From NCBI GenBank assembly GCA_035328385.1, contig DAOLIU010000001.1, forward strand, positions 2,612 through 66,611: a stretch of 64,000 nt of DNA. Direction: 5' to 3'. The DNA is from Nitrospira sp. (lineage in GTDB: Bacteria > Nitrospirota > Nitrospiria > Nitrospirales > Nitrospiraceae). Shown piece after piece: positions 59,088 to 64,000 of this stretch (position 1 is the first letter of the stretch; each line of letters begins with the position of its first letter). The notes beneath the pieces were generated by a model that was not told the DNA's origin, did not search any database, and worked only from the letters and a program-made list of their open reading frames with translations. Both the position numbers and the translations under genes were made by a program.

Positions 59088-59258
59088 CTAATCTTTTCCG
59101 CCGCCTTTCAAGTAACCCAAGCCGATCTTGAGTGCGCGCCTCGTAATCTCCGCCCATCGCACCTGAGGGTATTCGGCCAGCACCGCCGCCGCCTTGGGGT
59201 CCTGCACGTCGAGTCCGACGATTCGGATGATGCCGTCTTCAATTTGTACGTCCGCCAT
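59088..59258 (-). CDS. Hypothetical small protein (56 aa)
   Basis: GGAGAAGAGGAAAC lies before ATG 59258. MADVQIEDGIIRIVGLDV... No family recognised. Confidence 0.4.
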   Translation of the reverse strand: MADVQIEDGIIRIVGLDVQDPKAAAVLAEYPQVRWAEITRRALKIGLGYLKGGGKD

Positions 59259-59312
59259 GGTCTGTTTCCTCTTCTCCGAGGCTCGAGCGACGTCTCCTCG
59301 GGGTTCTGCGCG

Positions 59313-59341
59313 TTGACTCGATAGATCGTGCATGTTAGCAT
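59313..59341 (+). promoter_or_regulatory. Candidate sigma70 promoter of the lipoprotein operon
   Basis: TTGACT-N17-TAGCAT with TGt before the -10. The -35 context TTGACTCG is the same as at 40590 and 41247. Confidence 0.45.
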
Positions 59342-59408
59342 AAACCCGCTCAATTTCTCGCCGTTCTGGACACCGATGGATCGACTAACCCGTGAAGGAG
59401 GGAGTTGC

Positions 59409-59975
59409 ATGAGCCAGCCGCGTGGAACCCTTTCACAATTGGCCGGTGGTGGGATAGCGCTCGTTCTGATCGTCGGGCTCGCCGCTTGCGGCGGTCCTCC
59501 GAAGTGGGTCAAGCAAGGGTCGGGCGCGATGAGCGGGAAGGACAGCAAAGCATTTTACGGCGTCGGGTCCGTGACCGGCGTCAGGAACGAACCGTTGGCC
59601 TGGGATACGGCGGAGAACCGTGGCCGCGCCGAAATCGCCAAGACGTTCGAGACCTATACCGGCTATCTGATGAGAGACTATGCCGCGTCGACGACCGCGG
59701 GCGATTTTAGCCGGAACGCCGAAGAGCAGAACGTCGAGCGGGCGATCAAGACCATCACCACGACCACGCTGAGCGGCGTCCGCCCCATCGACCGCTATAA
59801 GGACGACAAGACCGGGACCTATTACGTCCTGACCAAGCTGAATCTGGAAGATATGAAGAACAACCTGGAGCATGCGAAGGAACTCAACGCGGAAGTCAGG
59901 GATTATGTGCGCAAGAACGCCGACAAGGCGTTCGAGCGTCTCGAGAAGGAAGAAGACAAGCGCGCGAACCGTTGA
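59409..59975 (+). CDS. LPP20-like lipoprotein
   Basis: GAAGGAGGG lies before the ATG. Lipobox GLAAC. FYGVGSV...AWDTAENRGRAEIAKTF resembles the LPP20 domain. Confidence 0.55.
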   Translation: MSQPRGTLSQLAGGGIALVLIVGLAACGGPPKWVKQGSGAMSGKDSKAFYGVGSVTGVRNEPLAWDTAENRGRAEIAKTFETYTGYLMRDYAASTTAGDFSRNAEEQNVERAIKTITTTTLSGVRPIDRYKDDKTGTYYVLTKLNLEDMKNNLEHAKELNAEVRDYVRKNADKAFERLEKEEDKRANR

Positions 59976-60013
59976 TCGCGCACATCGTCAATCGGTTCCA
60001 AGTGGGCGGAGGA

Positions 60014-60646
60014 ATGATGGGGAGCACGGGGCAGCGGGAATATGTCGTCGCGGTAGGATCGATCGTTCTGTGTCTCGGGTTCTTGACGCTGGCCGGCTGC
60101 GGAAGCGAAACGAAAGTGACCCGCGTCGATACCGGCGTGGTCACCGATCTCAGCGGCCGCTGGAACGACACCGATTCCCGCATGGTGGCGGAAGCCATGG
60201 TGAAGGAAGCCCTCGATTACCCGTGGCTGGGCAACTTCAGCGCGGCCAAGAGCCGCCAGCCGGTCGTGGTGGTGGGCACGGTGCTCAACAACAGCCACGA
60301 ACACATCAACGTGCAGACCTTCGTCACGGATCTCCAGCGCGAATTGACGAACTCCCAGAAAGTGACGTTCGTGGCCAATAAGGGCGAACGCGAGGAAGTG
60401 CGCAATGAGCGGAAGGAACAGGCGATGTACGCCCGTGAAGACACGCAGAAGGCCCCCGGCAAGGAAATCGGCGCGGACTTCATGATGAAGGGCACCATCG
60501 CCACGATTCTCGACGAGGCCGAAGGCACCAAGGCCATGTTCTACCAGGTGGATCTTCAGATGGTTGACTTGGAAAGCAACGCCAAGGTCTGGTTCGGCCA
60601 GAAGAAGATCAAGAAAGTGATCGAAAAGAAACGCACCGTTTTCTAA
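60014..60646 (+). CDS. LpoB-like (COG3417-type) lipoprotein
   Basis: Lipobox TLAGC. VVVVGTVLNNSHEHINVQTF...ADFMMKGTI...YQVDLQMVDLES matches my recollection of the penicillin-binding-protein-activator LpoB C-domain pattern. Confidence 0.6.
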   Translation: MMGSTGQREYVVAVGSIVLCLGFLTLAGCGSETKVTRVDTGVVTDLSGRWNDTDSRMVAEAMVKEALDYPWLGNFSAAKSRQPVVVVGTVLNNSHEHINVQTFVTDLQRELTNSQKVTFVANKGEREEVRNERKEQAMYAREDTQKAPGKEIGADFMMKGTIATILDEAEGTKAMFYQVDLQMVDLESNAKVWFGQKKIKKVIEKKRTVF

Positions 60647-60659
60647 CAGTCAGAAGTCC

Positions 60660-62135
60660 TTGAGCTGCTTCGTCTCACGCCCCACCGTACAGGTTCCTGC
60701 GCGGTGGGGCGTTTGTCTGTCGATCTGCCTTTCCTTCGCCATACTCCTCGCCGCAAGCGGATGCGGCTCCGCGGGCAAGCACTACGTCCAGGCGGACAAG
60801 AGCTTGCTCGTACACAACTACCAGGGGGCCGACGCGGCCATCAAAGAGGCGGAGGACGAATACGGCGACAAGAGCCGGGTCCTGTACGGCATGGACCGGG
60901 GAATGACGCTTCACCTCGCCGGCGACTACAAGCAGAGCAATCTCCTATTGGAACAGTCGGACGAGGAGGTCGAGCGCCTCTACACCAGAAAGATCCGCAC
61001 CGAGACCGCCGCGTTCATGACCAACGACAACGTGCTGCCGTATGAGGGCGATCCCTACGAGCAGGTCATGATCAACGTCGTCAAGGCGCTCAATTACGCC
61101 ATGCTCGGGCTCTGGCAGGAATCGCTGGTGGAGGCCCGGCGCATCGATCATCGGCTGAACGTCCTGTCGGACCGGGTCAAGGACAAGAGCGCCTATCGGG
61201 AGGACGGCTTCGCCCGCTATCTCACGGGTATCCTCTACGAGAGCACCGGCGACGTCAACAACGCGTTCATCGCCTATCGCAAGGCCTACGAAACCTACGA
61301 ATCGATGAAGGGCTGGTCGCGGGTCGGAGAGCCGGCGCAGCTGCAGAGCGATCTCCTGAGGACGGCGGACGCCCTGCACCTGACGTCGGAATTCGCCGCC
61401 TACGAGCGGGCTTTTCCCGGCGTGCCGTGGCAATCGAGTCAAGCGCAGCAGAATCTCGCCCAAGTGGTCGTGATCAGCTATAATGGCCGCGCACCGCGCA
61501 AGGAGGATCAGTTTCTTGACCTGCCCATCAGCATGGACGCGCTTCAATTGGTCCTGATCAACCGGGCGCTCACCAACCCGAATACGCCGCAGAACCGCGC
61601 CGCGGACACCGCCCTCTATGGTTTGAATGGGCGCGTCGTGCGCGTGGCATTACCGCGGCTGGTTCCACAGCCCACGCACGTTCCGGTCGATCTGATCACG
61701 CTCGATGCCGCCTCAGGGGCTCCGGTTTCGGTCAAGACCGAGCCGGTGCAAAACGTGACCGCGCTTGCGGAAAAAGCCTTGTCGGAACGCCTGCCTGGTG
61801 TGGCCGTGAAGGCCGTGGCGCGGGCAGCAACGAAATACGCGATGGCGGAAGCCGCGACGAGGGGATCGCAGAGCGCCGCGGGCCAAAAAAATGCCGATTG
61901 GGTCGGACTCCTGGTCAGTTTGATCGCCCACGGCTATGCGGTGGCGTCGGAGGAAGCGGACAAACGCAGTTGGCGGACCTTACCGGATCAAATCCATCTC
62001 GCGCGCCGCTGGGTGCCTCCCGGCCACTATGATGTCAAGGGGACAGGCTTCACCGGAGACGGGCCGCCGGGAAACCGGTCGCTGTCGCTGACGGCGGGGC
62101 AAACGGTATTTCTGATTCAGCGGGTGGTGCAATGA
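60660..62135 (+). CDS. Uncharacterised lipoprotein (COG3014-like, TPR-like N-terminal region)
   Basis: Lipobox AASGC. 491 aa. Sits between the LpoB-like and LPP20-like genes, and its stop overlaps the next start (ATGA). Confidence 0.55.
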   Translation: MSCFVSRPTVQVPARWGVCLSICLSFAILLAASGCGSAGKHYVQADKSLLVHNYQGADAAIKEAEDEYGDKSRVLYGMDRGMTLHLAGDYKQSNLLLEQSDEEVERLYTRKIRTETAAFMTNDNVLPYEGDPYEQVMINVVKALNYAMLGLWQESLVEARRIDHRLNVLSDRVKDKSAYREDGFARYLTGILYESTGDVNNAFIAYRKAYETYESMKGWSRVGEPAQLQSDLLRTADALHLTSEFAAYERAFPGVPWQSSQAQQNLAQVVVISYNGRAPRKEDQFLDLPISMDALQLVLINRALTNPNTPQNRAADTALYGLNGRVVRVALPRLVPQPTHVPVDLITLDAASGAPVSVKTEPVQNVTALAEKALSERLPGVAVKAVARAATKYAMAEAATRGSQSAAGQKNADWVGLLVSLIAHGYAVASEEADKRSWRTLPDQIHLARRWVPPGHYDVKGTGFTGDGPPGNRSLSLTAGQTVFLIQRVVQ

Positions 62136-63280
62136 TTGACCGCATGCCGGCGTTCTTCATCTGGGCGGCCGGCCTGGTGCTCGTCGGATGTTCCGCGTTC
62201 GGCGGACAAGCCAAACCGGCGTGGGTCAATGGAATGAGCCTCGATTATCCGGCGGAGCAGTATCTCACCGGCGTCGGGCAATCCGACCGGAGCGCGGCGG
62301 CGGAAGATCAGGCCTATGCGGCGCTGTCCCGCGTGTTCAAGACGGAAGTTTCCGCCCAGGCGAAAGATTGGGAATCGTATTTGGTCGTCGAGCAACGGGG
62401 GCAGAGTCGCGACGAGCGGCGCCTGACGATCGACAACCTCACCAAGGTCTCGACGGACAAAGTGCTTGAAAACGTCAGGATCGCCGACCGATGGTTCGAT
62501 TCGAAGAAGCAATTGCATTATGCCCTGGCGGTCATGCAGCGGGCGCAGGCCGAGACGGCGTTCATGGAGAAGATCGCAGAATTGGATCGGGCGATTCAAG
62601 CCGACGTCGACGATGCGCACCGGTCGGCGGACAAGCTGGCCAAGGTGCGCGGATTGCGGCGGGCGGCGCACAATCTCGTGATCCGGGAAACCTACAACGC
62701 GGATCTGCGCGTCGTCCGGCCGAGCGGACAGGGGATGGGGTCGCCCTATCGGGTGAATGAGCTGACGATGGAGTTGGAGCAGTTCCTGGCGACAAATCTG
62801 TTGTTCGCAATCGACGTGGCCGGCGATCAGGCCCAGGCCGCGCAGCGGGCCTTGAGCGAAGGTCTGATCCGGGAAGGTTTGCAGATCGTGGACCGTCCCG
62901 CGACGGAAGCCGCATCCGGCTCCGCCTCGGGAAGCCCGGCGCCGGAGCTGCTGCTGCGCGGCTTCGTCCGGATCTGGCCGATCGACGTGCGCGATCCGCA
63001 GTTCATGTACGTCCGCTGGTGCGGCGACTTTGAAGTCGTGGAGGTCAAGGGACAGCGGCTGGTCGGCGCCATTGCAAAGGGCGGAAGAGAAGGACACCTC
63101 TCGGAACGGGAAGCGACGGCCAAAGCGGTTCGCGTCATGCAGCAAGAGTTGTCGTCCGACGTGGCCAAAGCGATTGCCGGCCACGTCTATGGAGAATCCG
63201 AACTTCCGGCGGAGGCGACCCCTCCCGCCGGCTGTCCACGTGAAGGGGCCGGCCAAAAACCGGCAGCAGCAACGCACTAA
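62132..63280 (+). CDS. LPP20-domain lipoprotein (382 aa)
   Basis: Lipobox LVGC. YLTGVGQS...AEDQAYAALSRVF resembles an LPP20 domain. Confidence 0.55.
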   Translation: MIDRMPAFFIWAAGLVLVGCSAFGGQAKPAWVNGMSLDYPAEQYLTGVGQSDRSAAAEDQAYAALSRVFKTEVSAQAKDWESYLVVEQRGQSRDERRLTIDNLTKVSTDKVLENVRIADRWFDSKKQLHYALAVMQRAQAETAFMEKIAELDRAIQADVDDAHRSADKLAKVRGLRRAAHNLVIRETYNADLRVVRPSGQGMGSPYRVNELTMELEQFLATNLLFAIDVAGDQAQAAQRALSEGLIREGLQIVDRPATEAASGSASGSPAPELLLRGFVRIWPIDVRDPQFMYVRWCGDFEVVEVKGQRLVGAIAKGGREGHLSEREATAKAVRVMQQELSSDVAKAIAGHVYGESELPAEATPPAGCPREGAGQKPAAATH

Positions 63281-63302
63281 CAGCAGGAGGGAGAGCGCAG
63301 GT

Positions 63303-63566
63303 ATGAGCAGATTGAACGTAAGTGGCCGGGCGCCGAGAAGCCGCGGGCGCGGGTTGACTGCAACACAACAGCGGGTGCCGAGCCGCCTCGCCAAGCGGCG
63401 GCTGGGAGACCGGCTCAAGGAAGATACCGTATTGTTCAACAAAGGCAATCTCGCCGACAAGCTCCGCCGGGAAGGCTATGAGGAAGTCCCCCTGGATGAA
63501 CTACAAGATAGGCTCTCGAAGCTGCAGGGTCCCCTGGCCGCGGTGATCTTGAAGGGGAGGATCTGA
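63303..63566 (+). CDS. Putative antitoxin of the downstream PIN toxin (87 aa)
   Basis: AGGAGGGAGAG lies before the ATG, and the stop is 3 nt before the PIN gene start. The N-terminus is Arg-rich. No family recognised. Confidence 0.4.
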   Translation: MSRLNVSGRAPRSRGRGLTATQQRVPSRLAKRRLGDRLKEDTVLFNKGNLADKLRREGYEEVPLDELQDRLSKLQGPLAAVILKGRI

Positions 63567-63569
63567 ACC

Positions 63570-64000
63570 CATGCCGTACTACTACTTCGATTCGACCGCC
63601 CTGGTGAAACGCTACAGCATGGAGCGCGGGACCCGCATCGTCAACAAGTTGATGGTCAAGCGCGGCAAGGTGGCGATCCTGCCGACCTGGACCGTCACGG
63701 AATTGTATTCCTCCTTTTCCAACCGGGCTCAGCAAGGCGAGATCACGAGGGACGACTGCTACTCCGTGATCCACAAGTTCGAACGCGAATCCATCGAAGG
63801 CCTGTTCCAGTTCATTATGCCGACGATGCAGACCTATCTGGCCACCAAGGAATTGGTGATGGAGTATCCGTTCCTCCGCGCGCAACAGGTGATGCATCTG
63901 GCGCTGGCGTTGGAGCTCAAGCCGCTCCGGCTGACGGTCGTCAGCGCGGACGTGCAATTGCTCTCGGCCAGCAAGACGGCCGGTCTGCACATCATCAATC
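63570..64000 (+). CDS. PIN-domain (VapC-type) toxin, 3' end outside the window
   Basis: Hand translation gives MPYYYFDSTALVKRY...TVTELYSS...VVSADVQLLSASKTAGLHIIN. PIN acidic positions D7, E and SAD are present. The frame is open to the window end. Confidence 0.7.

Overview
High-G+C bacterial chromosomal segment. The gene content (copper nitrite reductase NirK beside an FNT nitrite/formate channel, pyruvate-phosphate dikinase, archease-RtcB, many TPR, sigma54 and lipoprotein genes) fits a Nitrospira-like organism, but the taxon is inference only. I support about 55 protein-coding genes, mostly housekeeping or envelope functions. They include a 5'-truncated NRPS termination module with a methyltransferase and an RND pump, PPIase, an AsmA-like giant protein, M24 peptidase, archease/RtcB, transketolase, GlyQS, PPDK, RibD and RibE, Acs, and several MFS transporters. 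A tightly packed minus-strand operon runs FNT channel, EmrB/OMF/EmrA-type efflux, CHASE3 histidine kinase, then sigma54-dependent response regulator. I saw no rRNA, tRNA, CRISPR array, transposase or integrase. The most interesting region is a visibly lower-G+C island (about 20.1-26.0 kb). It carries two GT2 glycosyltransferases and a two-gene minus-strand cassette: a signal-less, divergent MACPF/perforin-like protein with a long C-terminal extension, followed by an uncharacterised multi-part protein whose only Cys sits in a CHAP/papain-like GQC context. I propose this pair as a candidate undescribed pore-former plus activator/lysis (conflict) module. Other observations: a hairpin-forming interspersed repeat family whose left end coincides with the stop codons of four unrelated genes; a roughly 200-bp imperfect palindrome after ribE; sigma54- and sigma70-type promoter candidates with a recurring TTGAC(A/T)-N17-18-TAGCNT pattern; an AT-rich perfect palindrome between a Crp/Fnr gene and nirK; a caspase-fold protein lacking the catalytic Cys; a four-gene lipoprotein operon (LPP20/LpoB-like); and a VapC-type TA pair cut by the window end. 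All motif coordinates were counted by hand, and no homology search or composition calculation was run.
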